From Candidatus Latescibacterota bacterium (GTDB lineage: Bacteria; Latescibacterota; UBA2968; UBA8231), in assembly GCA_965223905.1 (NCBI GenBank), contig CBDCXV010000010.1:192001-256000 (forward strand): a stretch of DNA of 64,000 nucleotides, read 5' to 3'. This document shows positions 41,086 through 50,084 of this stretch, in pieces. The translations under genes and the position numbers were made by a program. Numbering within the stretch: the first letter of the stretch is position 1; each line of letters starts with the position of its first letter. The notes beneath the pieces are model-generated. The model did no database searches. It saw nothing but the letters and a program-made list of their open reading frames with translations, and had not been told where the DNA came from.

Positions 41086-42480
41086 TCAAGCTGTAGTACC
41101 TGTTGGTCCCCCATGCTCCCAAAGGTCACCGACGACAGGTCCCCGAGGGTAATTCAAACCTGATCGCCGAATGATCGCTCCACGCGATAAAGGAACTTGG
41201 GCCCCCTTCTCGCAAACAAGGTTGAACTGACATGACGCGCAATGCGGCCCAACACATGCGGGAAACCCTTCACTAGCCGCGAGCCGTCTAGCCCACCGCC
41301 TTAACGCAAGTGTTATCTGACGGACGTCTTGCGCTGCAAACATAAACCGTTCCTCCTCACCGGTCGGGAGCATAATTCGACGAGCAATCACCGAACCCAA
41401 ATTGAATTCCAGCAGAACCGCTGCACTGTAAGCTGCAATCTGTAGCCAATCAGGAATCCGGGGCCGGGATGTCAACTCTCGATTCGAGGCTTTATAGTCG
41501 ATTACCTCGATTATGCCTGATGGGTCGAGCGCGACCCGATCGATCCGACCTACAAAGATCATGCCTTCACCTAGCTTCATCCGGACAGCCTTTTCAACGG
41601 CGATCGTTCTGAACTTCTCATTTCGAAACACAACGTCATAGTGAAAGGCTAGTATGTCCCTGCCCGCGTCGTACAGACGTTCTGCCGTGTCACCCTCCAC
41701 CTCATTGGGCAGCGTTTCCGCCAACCTGCCTTTGAACCAGCTAATGACCTCGTCCTTGACAGGGCCGTCGCCCATAGCGCCATACAGCCATGCAAGCGTC
41801 TCGTGCAGACGACTGCCAAGGAACATCTGTTCTGATTCCACAATCTCGGGAACGCGATCAACATATTTCAGCTGGTAAGAAAGGGGGCAAACCTCAAAGG
41901 ATGCCAACTGCGAAAAGGAAAGCTCACTCGGGATGTTGTGGGACCTGTTGTGGGACCTTGTGTTCTTGACATCACACACTGTCTCCCACGCCCAACGAAT
42001 TGCAGACGCAAGGTATGATGGGCTATAGTTCTCCGACGAAAGGGTAAGGTCGGCAGGAACCAGCCGTAACCTGGACTCAGTCCAACGAAGTTGGGACGCC
42101 CACGACCCGCCAGCCTGAGGTCGGCTCCACCCCGAACGCTCCCGAATGCGGCGTATGGCCGTACCGATACTGCAGTCTAGCAGCACAACGAAGGAGGTAA
42201 GTCCATGCAAGCGAATCCGCTCGATGATCTCTTCAAAGTCCCTAGAGGCGCCGCTGCACTCAAAAATGACCGGCGATGAAGACGCCGACGATGTGATTTG
42301 TTCAGCGATGGCAGATGGACATTCTTCAGGAGTATGCAACCGCCGAAAGTCCTCAACGGGAAAGTAGCGTGCGCCCAACGACGATGCGAGCCTCCGACAT
42401 ACCGCGGATTTCCCGGCACCTATTTGGCCGATGACCACAAGAACCGAGTCACTAATACCCTTTAGCTCGTCCCTATGCAT
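41086..42480 (-). CDS. P-loop (nucleotide kinase-like) domain fused to a Cas4/RecB-like PD-(D/E)xK nuclease with a 4-Cys motif
   Basis: GQIGAGKS; LSFSQL...CP; GRIDRV...IDYK...QIAAY; HCASCQFNLVC; ATG 42480 overlaps the upstream stop. Confidence 0.85.
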   Translation of the reverse strand: MHRDELKGISDSVLVVIGQIGAGKSAVCRRLASSLGARYFPVEDFRRLHTPEECPSAIAEQITSSASSSPVIFECSGASRDFEEIIERIRLHGLTSFVVLLDCSIGTAIRRIRERSGWSRPQAGGSWASQLRWTESRLRLVPADLTLSSENYSPSYLASAIRWAWETVCDVKNTRSHNRSHNIPSELSFSQLASFEVCPLSYQLKYVDRVPEIVESEQMFLGSRLHETLAWLYGAMGDGPVKDEVISWFKGRLAETLPNEVEGDTAERLYDAGRDILAFHYDVVFRNEKFRTIAVEKAVRMKLGEGMIFVGRIDRVALDPSGIIEVIDYKASNRELTSRPRIPDWLQIAAYSAAVLLEFNLGSVIARRIMLPTGEEERFMFAAQDVRQITLALRRWARRLAASEGFPACVGPHCASCQFNLVCEKGAQVPLSRGAIIRRSGLNYPRGPVVGDLWEHGGPTGTTA

Positions 42481-43387
42481 CGTCGCCCTTAGACCTTGGT
42501 GCTCTAGAGCCAATTACCTTCGACAGTGTGTCGTTGAACAGCTTGTCGGAAAATCCGGCGCCAAACCCAAAAACCACAAAAAACCCAAGCCGGGCAGGGG
42601 CATCATCTGGCAGTTTTATTGGGAAAAAACCCGAGAGCAGCATGGACACGACGAATAGAGCGGCGCATGCCCCAAGACAAGCTCTAGCACCCATGTCTGA
42701 CCTAAAGAGCTGGGAGAACTCATAGCGCACTCGTTCGCTTCGGACACTCTTGAGCCGGGAGAAAACAGCACCCATACCGCCTGACAGGACACCTGATCCC
42801 AGGGACATGAGCGTCGATGCCCAACTCGGGATCTCAAATGTCGAAATCATGAAGCAAACCACAAGCAATACAAGAAGGATGGAAATAATCCAAATGGCCA
42901 GTCTGTTGACATCACGGGTTACAGTTGCACGTTCTTCGTTCAGCCGGTTATATCGTGACGCCGATTCCTGCAACTCCAAGGTAAGTTGCCGTAGGCGCTG
43001 GCGGACGGTCTCCTCTTGAACTATCTGGCCATTGATCGAGATGAGACTTGAGATGTCCTCCTTCCATGCGTCACGTCGGCCCTCGTCAAAGCGGTACAGG
43101 GTTTCCCTGAGTCGCACCCATGTCGGATAAAGCAAGACCTCCGGCTTGAGCAGGCATAGTTCTGCTTCGACCTCGTGGATCGCAAGGACACGTTGGCCAT
43201 GGTCCTCCAGCGTTGAGACCTCCTCCAGCCTGAGCTGAATCTCCTGTAAACGCTCATCAAGACGTTCCCCTTGGGCGGTCAACTGCATTGCTTGCGCTAA
43301 CTCACTTCGCAAACGCGACAAACGCGCATCTAGCTCTGCATCGACTGGCTTTAGTTCGCCCGATCCTGTAGATCTTCGACGCTTCAT
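42473..43387 (-). CDS. Membrane protein: N-terminal helical/coiled-coil region + ~4 C-terminal TM helices
   Basis: Leu/Glu/Arg heptads in the first ~150 aa; hydrophobic segments with GGMGAVFS and FGAGFSDK; ATGA overlap with the RT stop. Confidence 0.8.
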   Translation of the reverse strand: MKRRRSTGSGELKPVDAELDARLSRLRSELAQAMQLTAQGERLDERLQEIQLRLEEVSTLEDHGQRVLAIHEVEAELCLLKPEVLLYPTWVRLRETLYRFDEGRRDAWKEDISSLISINGQIVQEETVRQRLRQLTLELQESASRYNRLNEERATVTRDVNRLAIWIISILLVLLVVCFMISTFEIPSWASTLMSLGSGVLSGGMGAVFSRLKSVRSERVRYEFSQLFRSDMGARACLGACAALFVVSMLLSGFFPIKLPDDAPARLGFFVVFGFGAGFSDKLFNDTLSKVIGSRAPRSKGDDA

Positions 43388-45048
43388 TCCGCTACTCGCA
43401 GCAAGGCCTCCCTGAGCTCGAACCCCATCGGGCCCGAGAATGGAACGGTTGGTTCGCTATGGTTGTCTGCCGGCGGGTAAGCGTGTTGTGACTTACCGTC
43501 CGCCATTGCAGGCAAGGCTGCCAATCCACGCACGGTATGGCTGGTGTCTTTGGCAGTGAGTTCAACCAAGAGTCGCCGATGTTCCGGGATGAGCCACATA
43601 AACTCGATTGCAATTCTTCGCGCCATCGGGGACCGTGAATCCGTCAACAGTGGGAAGATTTGTTTCGCGATTGCCGAGCGTTCATGTTTTGGTTGCTGGG
43701 CCATTAAACAGGCATGCAAGAGCACTAAGGCATATGGATGAAGGTTTCCGCAGGCGGAATAAGACATGTCCTTCAGCGCGTTACGAGTGGACACATCGGG
43801 GGGCTGGTCTGCACTGAGAAGCGCATGCAAAAGGCAAATGGATTCGCTGTCCGTCACTGCCCGCGCGATTTGCTTGACTGCTTGGATCCCCGTACCACTT
43901 GGCCAGTTAAGGATGCGAAGGTAGGACGATATTTCCTTTTCAGCGGTTGGGAAACGCGTTAGGTCATCGATGGCTTGTGTGGCTAGTACCGAAGAATGTA
44001 AGTGTGAAGCCAAGGTGTAGATCCTCTTCCACAGTCGGGCGTGTTCCATCGACTGCCCCCGATCCGTCTCGACAAGCTTCTTAAACGCATCACCCTGCGA
44101 TCTTGACAGGGGTCCGCGCGAACTCGCCATCATTAGGCTGGTGACCATTCGGTGTTCGTACGTGAGTACTTGACGTTCGAAAGCCACTAGCGAGCTCATT
44201 ACCCGTGTCTTGCCCTCATTTATCCGAAGTCCTATTGGTTCCAGTGCGGTGGACAGTGCCATCAACGCGCCCTCGACCGCGCCCGAGTCTACGGCGATGA
44301 AAAAGTCGTCAACCCACCTGAGGTGTCCAGCGATTGCCGGCTCGCGAACGAGCTGTTCGTCGACCGGTCCTAGGACAAGGTCCGCTATGATCCAAAACAG
44401 GCTGTCTTGCGTAACGGGGAGTCCCGAACGAGTCTTACCGAGGTGGTCCGGGATGGAATTGATATCTCCGATCGTGTGGAGAGCCCTTTCGATTATCTCT
44501 TCTTCGAGCTGGGCATCCCGTAAGGCGAATTCAATTCTGCAAATCGGGATGGACGCAAAATAGTCTTGGACATCAGCGACAACTACAGTCTTGCCTCCTA
44601 CCAGCATGTGGCGGATCCACATCGGGACGGTATCCGACCAGAGTTCGTAAAGCTGTCCTTCCATACATTTCAGCCACAATTGCGAAGCAGAAACGGAGTG
44701 TGGCAGCGCGAGATCCCGCTCATCCATTTGCTCCGCGATCACTTGGAGAGCTACGGAGGTTACGAAGTCGGGGACCACTTCTAAACGTGTTCCGCCGCCT
44801 TGTTTTGGGAGAGTAATCGACTCCAACTCCACAGGGCTTGACGTGGCGAAGTTGCGTGCCCCGGATTCCCCGTCAAACTCAGCGTAGCCCAGTGGGTCCG
44901 CAAGCAGGCTTTTTGCCCACCTCTGTCGGCAGACCTCAATTGCAGCCAACACATCAGCTATCCTGTTGTTCATGAACCTGTCGTAACGTTTCTGGGCTAT
45001 AGCCTGGTTATAGCCGATCGTGAAGGCAAGCGTAAGCACGAGCGGCAT
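43384..45048 (-). CDS. Reverse transcriptase (UG/Abi/DRT-like) with helical C-terminal extension; alternative start ATG 44973
   Basis: LPKQGGGTR, VADVQDYFASI, GLPV, RWVDD, GLRINEGKT in canonical RT order. Confidence 0.85.
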   Translation of the reverse strand: MPLVLTLAFTIGYNQAIAQKRYDRFMNNRIADVLAAIEVCRQRWAKSLLADPLGYAEFDGESGARNFATSSPVELESITLPKQGGGTRLEVVPDFVTSVALQVIAEQMDERDLALPHSVSASQLWLKCMEGQLYELWSDTVPMWIRHMLVGGKTVVVADVQDYFASIPICRIEFALRDAQLEEEIIERALHTIGDINSIPDHLGKTRSGLPVTQDSLFWIIADLVLGPVDEQLVREPAIAGHLRWVDDFFIAVDSGAVEGALMALSTALEPIGLRINEGKTRVMSSLVAFERQVLTYEHRMVTSLMMASSRGPLSRSQGDAFKKLVETDRGQSMEHARLWKRIYTLASHLHSSVLATQAIDDLTRFPTAEKEISSYLRILNWPSGTGIQAVKQIARAVTDSESICLLHALLSADQPPDVSTRNALKDMSYSACGNLHPYALVLLHACLMAQQPKHERSAIAKQIFPLLTDSRSPMARRIAIEFMWLIPEHRRLLVELTAKDTSHTVRGLAALPAMADGKSQHAYPPADNHSEPTVPFSGPMGFELREALLRVAE

Positions 45049-45360
45049 CTAGTGCTGCCGGCACATCGCTTGGTCGGGTGCCTTCCTCATCGAGCAGGGT
45101 AGCTGTCGGCGTTTGGCGACGTCGATTCCGAGGGTGTACATGGGACGCTCCCTGCCAAAAAGGGGCTGAAGTTGCCCAAGATCGGGTGACGCTAGCGGGC
45201 ACGTCTTCGTAGCCAGATCAGGGAACTGGGTCCTTGTCGCAGGGGAACCTGCTCGAGGAAAAAATCAGTCAAACCCCAGCAGACTCGCTGGAGACAGGAT
45301 CGCTTCAAGTCCAGAACCAAGCAAGCGCACCTTACGTGCTCAGGTATCCTCGTACGAGGA
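44995..45360 (-). ncRNA. Putative structured ncRNA upstream of the RT
   Basis: Dense hairpins and a long-range stem (45083-45098 with 45248-45260); no credible ORF; strand and ends inferred. Confidence 0.45.
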
Positions 45361-45539
45361 ACGCCCATGGCTGGTTCACTCGTCTCGAAACTTCCGTAGA
45401 TATCTGTAGGGAAAATAAGCCACTTTTTTGCCCCTCAATCAAAAGCGCTAAACGCACGCACGGGGTCAACTTCGGGGCGGGGTCGACAGCCCTATCCCGG
45501 CTGACAGCGGCGGATCGAGGGCGGATCGGTCAGAGAGGC

Positions 45540-45588
45540 CAGGGCCCTGTTCCACGACACCGCGGCGCGCGCCTACAACCTCGATTGA
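45540..45588 (+). repeat. Right direct repeat (att-like, 49 bp)
   Basis: Identical to 40563-40611. Confidence 0.95.
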
Positions 45589-45607
45589 CCTGACCGCCGC
45601 CCCGCGG

Positions 45608-46900
45608 TCACAGGCCCTGCAGCTCGATCTCCTGCTTGCGGTGGCAGGCGGCGACGTGCGGAAACCCGCCCTCGCTGCCGGTCTCCTCGAGCGCCGGCTC
45701 CCGGCTCCGGCAGAGGTCGACGCCGTGCCGGCATCGGGGCGCGAAGGCGCAACCCCCCTCCACCGCATCGGAAGCCCCCGGTTCCCCCGCGGCATCGGCG
45801 TCCTCCTCCCCGGCGACCCTCCAGGGAGCGTGCGGGTCGGGCGGCGGGGGCCGCGTGCAGCAGGGTGGCGGTGTCAGGTTGAGGATCTGCGCCTGCACGC
45901 TGACGTCGAGAGCGGAGACCGGCTCGTCGGCGACGATCAGCGAGGGGCTAACCGCCAGGGCGCGGGCGATGCCGATGCGCTGCCGCTGGCCGCCGCTGAA
46001 GGCGTGGGGGTAGCGGCGGATGTAGCGCGGGTCGAGCCCAACCCGCTCCATCAGCTCGGCGACGCGGCGCTCGCAGCGGCCGCGGTCCCAGCCCCGGGCC
46101 CTGAGCGGCTCGGAGATCAGGTCCATCACCGGCATGCGGGGGTTCAGGGAGGAGTACGGGTCCTGGAAGATCATCTGGATGTCGCGGCGCGCCTCCACGA
46201 TCTCGCCGCCCTCGAGCCGAGCCAGGTCGACCACCTGTCCGTCGCCGCGCCGGAACAGGATGCGGCCCGCGGTCGGGTCGAGAGCGCGCAGTATCAGGCG
46301 CCCGGTGGTGGTCTTGCCGCAGCCGCTCTCCCCGACCAGCCCCAGGGTGTGGCCCGCGTCGAGGCGGAAGCTGACGCCGTCGACCCCCCGGACCGTTCCC
46401 GCGACCCGGCGCAGCAGCCCCCGCCGCACCGGGAAGTGCTTGCTATGGCCCGGCCGCACCGCGGCGCGCCCCGGCATCTCCCGTTCGCAGACCTCCCCCA
46501 CCTTCTCCCGGCAGCGGGGGTGGAATGGGCATCCGGACGGCAGCGCATGGGCGCTGGGAACGCTCCCCTCGATCGGCTCGAGCTTTTCCGCCCTGGCCGC
46601 GAGGTTGGGTATCGAGCGCAGCAGGGCCGCGGTGTACGGGTGCGCCGGGGCATCGAAGATCCTCTCGACCGGGCCCTCCTCGACGACGCGGCCGAGGTAC
46701 ATCACGTAGACGTAGCTCACCGTGTGCGCGACCACCCCGAGGTCGTGGGTGATCAGCATCAGCGCCAGGTCGAGCTCCGCCGCGGATGGCGCGCATCTCC
46801 CTGCCGCCGGGGTCGAGCCGGGCGAGGTCGACCGCGGATCCGCCGTTCCCGGGCCGGAACAGCATCTCGCCAGCCCCCCCGTCAGGGCCGCCGGAGACAC
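45608..46900 (-). pseudogene. Degraded oligopeptide ABC ATPases (DppD C-terminus joined to DppF) with internal deletions
   Basis: [10 protein letters not shown]...HPYT...GCPFHPRC then [24 protein letters not shown]; the H-loop region of the second domain is missing. Confidence 0.75.
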
Positions 46901-46998
46901 GGAGAGGAAACCGGTGAGCCTCGTCCGCTTCCGACGTCCTGTCCTGCCCTGCGGCCCCTCTCGCGGGGCGTGATGCCTGGATCAGTCAATGGCTCCTG

Positions 46999-49674
46999 TC
47001 ACCGCAGCAGGGTCATCTTGCGTACGATGGCTTTGTCTCCTGCGGTGAGCCGGTAGAGGTAGACGCCGGCGGCCACGGGGCGGCCCTGCTCGTCGCGGCC
47101 CTCCCAGAAGACCTCGTGTATCCCGGCCTTCAGGGTGCGTCCGGGCAGCAGGGTCTTCACCACCTGCCCGGCGAGGCTGTAGATGACCAGGGAGGCCTCC
47201 CCGGTTTCGGTCAGCTGGAAATAGAGGGTCGTACTGGAGTTGAAGGGGTTGGGGGCGGCCAGGGCGGCCAGTCCTTTCATCCCGGTCATTGCCAGCTGCC
47301 CGGCCAGGGCCTTGGCCGCGGCCGAGTGGGTGCGGCCGGTGGCCCGCGCCGACCAGCCGCTGGTGCCTTCGGCGTTGCGGGCCCGCACCCGCACCGTGTA
47401 TCCGGTGTGGGAGGACAGTCCGGTCAGCAGGGTGCCGGTGGCCGAGCCGCCGGCCGTCAGCGAGGACCAGATGCCGTAGCTGTCGCAAAAGAAGACCTCG
47501 TTGGTCTTGCAGTAGTGCACGTCGTTGCCGCTGAGCGCCGGCCGGCCGCGGTTGTCCGGGGCCGTCCAGCTCACCTCCAGGCGCTCATGGCCCATGTTGT
47601 CCGGCGCGCTCACCCTCACCCCGGAGGGCGGGTCCGGCGGCTCGGACACGTCGGTTACCGTCACCCTCACCGTTCGCTCCGCCTGCAGCGACCCGTCGCT
47701 GACCTCGAGGGTCACCTGGTGGGACCTCCCGGCCTCGTAGTCGGGCGCCGTGTCGAAGGTGAGGGTGCGCGTCGTGCCGGTCCCCTCCAGCTGGAAAGCG
47801 CTCGCCTCCGTACCCGTCCTCGACCAGGTGATGGCGTCGCCGTCCGGGTCCCTGGCCGTGTACCGGCCCACCGGGCCGCTGCCGTTCTCGGCGAAGGAGA
47901 CGCTGGTGGGGCCACTGGTGAAATACGGGCCCCGGTTGGGCTGGACCGGGGTCGCCGAGGCGCGGGCCGCCGCACCCGCCCCGGCCGCGTTGCGCGCCCG
48001 CACCTCGAAGCGGTAGCGAGTGCCGTTGCTCAGCCCGGTCACCGTCCGGGTCGTATTCGTGCCCACCCCGGTCCAGCCCGACCAGGAGCCGCTGCCGGCC
48101 CGGCGCCGGTACTCGTAGCCCGTCAGGGACAGGCCGCCGTCGGAGACCGGCGCCCGCCACGACAGCGCCACCTGCCTGTTGCCGGCTTCTGCGGTGAAAT
48201 CCCTCGGCACCGACGGCACGGTGACCACCGGGGCGGTCTCGCCGCTGGCCGCCGCCTTGTCCGGCCCGTGCCCGTCGTCGTAGTCCACCCGCGCCCGCAG
48301 CTGCTTCCCCACATCCGCCGTCACCGGCGTGTAGCGGGACGTGGCCGCAATGGGGTAGCGCGCCGACCGCTCGATAGGCACCCACCCCGAACCCGCGTCC
48401 GCCCGCCGCTGCCACTGCCAGGCCACCGCCTCCAAGTGGCCGTCGACGTCCGTCAGGGTGGCCGTCATCCGCTGATCCACCTCCGGCGACGCCGTCGACA
48501 GTCGCACCGTGCCGGGGGTGTCGGCCGGCCTCACCGACGACGTCGCCGCGCTCTGCGCGCTCTTGTTCGGACCGTGCCCGTCGGTGTAGCCGACCGTGGC
48601 CCGCAGCTGCTTGCCCCGGTCGGCGGCCACCGGCGTGTAGTGGGACAGGTCCACAATGGGGTAGCGCGGCGACCGCTCGATAGGCACCCACGCCGAACCC
48701 GCGTCGGCCCGCCGCTGCCACTGCCAAGCCACCGCCTCCAGGCCGCCGTCGAAGTCCGTCAGGGTGGCCGTCACCCGCTGATCCACCTCCGGCGACGCCG
48801 TCGACAGTCTCACCGTGCCGGGGTGGTCCGTGTCGTCGACCAGGGTTACCGTCGCGCTCGCCGGCGTGCCCGCCTCGACCCTCTCCGGCAGAGCCCCGAA
48901 TCCCACAAGCACCGTCTCGTCATCCTCGTCGTCGTCCTCGGTCGCCGTGATCGTAAACGACTGCGAGGTCGTGCGGCCCGAAAACGACAGCGTGTCTTCC
49001 ACCCCCGGCCACGTCACCGTGTAGTCCCCCGACGCAGGGTCTCTCGTGATCGGGACCTTCACCAACTGTTCCGCCTCTGCCGACAGCCGCACCGTCAGCG
49101 TCGCCGCGGCGCCCCCTTCACTCGCCGAATACGTCGAATCGCCGTAGGTGACCGTCAGCGGCGGCCACGTCACCGCGTCGGTGGCCGCGCTCTGGGCGCT
49201 GTCCGGGCCGTGGGCGTCCGTGTAGCTCACCGTCGCCCGCAGCTGCTTGCCGACATCGGCGGCCACCGGCGTGTAGCGGGACAGGTCCGCAATGAGGTCG
49301 GGGTTGCGCGCCGACCGCTCGATAGGCACCCACCCCGAACCCGCGTCGGCCCGCCGCTGCCACTGCCAAGCCACCGCCTCCAAGTGGCCGTCGAAGTGCG
49401 TCAGGGTGGCCGTCACCCGCTGACCCACCTGCGGCGTCGTCGTCGACAAGCTCACCACGGGCGTGCCCACGTCGTTGTCGACCAGGGTCACCGTGGCGCT
49501 CGCCGGCGTGCCCGCGCTCACCTCCTCCGGCAGATCCCCGAACCCCAGAAGCACCGTCTCGTCGACCGTGTCGTCATCCTCGGTCGCCGTGACCGTAAAC
49601 GTTTGCCGCTCCGCGCCCGAAGAAAACGACAGCCCTCCGTCCGTCAGCCCGGCCACCGTGAAGTCCCCCGACGC
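46999..49674 (-). pseudogene. 5'-truncated large secreted adhesin-like protein (Calx-beta-like, 3 internal repeats, FN3 x2, cadherin-like, FlgD-Ig C-terminus)
   Basis: W.AP.SDGG...GYEY and YRFEVRARN FN3; PDYEA cadherin; PNPFN...VRKMTLLR; N-terminus replaced by unrelated DNA at ~49675. Confidence 0.8.
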
Positions 49675-50053
49675 GAATTGAAAAATCATGGGGGCGATGA
49701 TTTGCTCGATCGCGGGCTGAAAATCGAGGAACTGGACAGTGAGGGGGTCCTTCACGCCCTTGGCTTCCGGCGAAAGCAGCCGTCTCTTTCGCTTCCGCGA
49801 CAGCTTTGCCCTTGCCTTGCGGCAAGGAACGGTTGGACCCTGCTCACCGGCGACCGTACGCTTCGTGAATTGGCCAGCGAGGAGAATGTCGATTGCCACG
49901 GGGTTCTTATGGCTTCTCGACCGCATGTTCGAGGCTGCAGCTCCCAGCGCCAGCAAGCTGTACGCAGGCCTGGAAGCGATCAGTTCGCACCCTCGGTGCA
50001 GGCTACCCAGGTCGGAAACCCGCAAGCGTCTCGTGCGCTATTCAACCACTTGA
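49674..50053 (+). pseudogene. PIN-domain (DUF3368-like) remnant with frameshifts
   Basis: Across frames: [26 protein letters not shown]...DCHGVL/WLLDRM...RCRLP. Confidence 0.65.
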
Positions 50054-50084
50054 TCAATCGGCGTTAGCACCCGCACCGATTGAC

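Larger units (their letters stand above)
40612..45588. mobile_element. ~5 kb lower-GC island carrying the RT operon
   Basis: Flanked by 49-bp direct repeats; abrupt compositional shift; no integrase inside. Confidence 0.85.

Noticed and set aside
40928-41122. 65-aa ORF with an XRE-HTH-like fragment (GTVEVLAKLATAL)
   Set aside because: Too short and partial to call. At most a regulator remnant.
41086-42000. Cas4-like nuclease plus RT as a CRISPR adaptation module
   Set aside because: No cas1/cas2 or array in the window.
43384-45048. RT as a group II intron or DGR
   Set aside because: No YADD/maturase domain, no intron domain V seen, and no TR/VR pair or avd gene. The flanking repeat is a gene 3' end.
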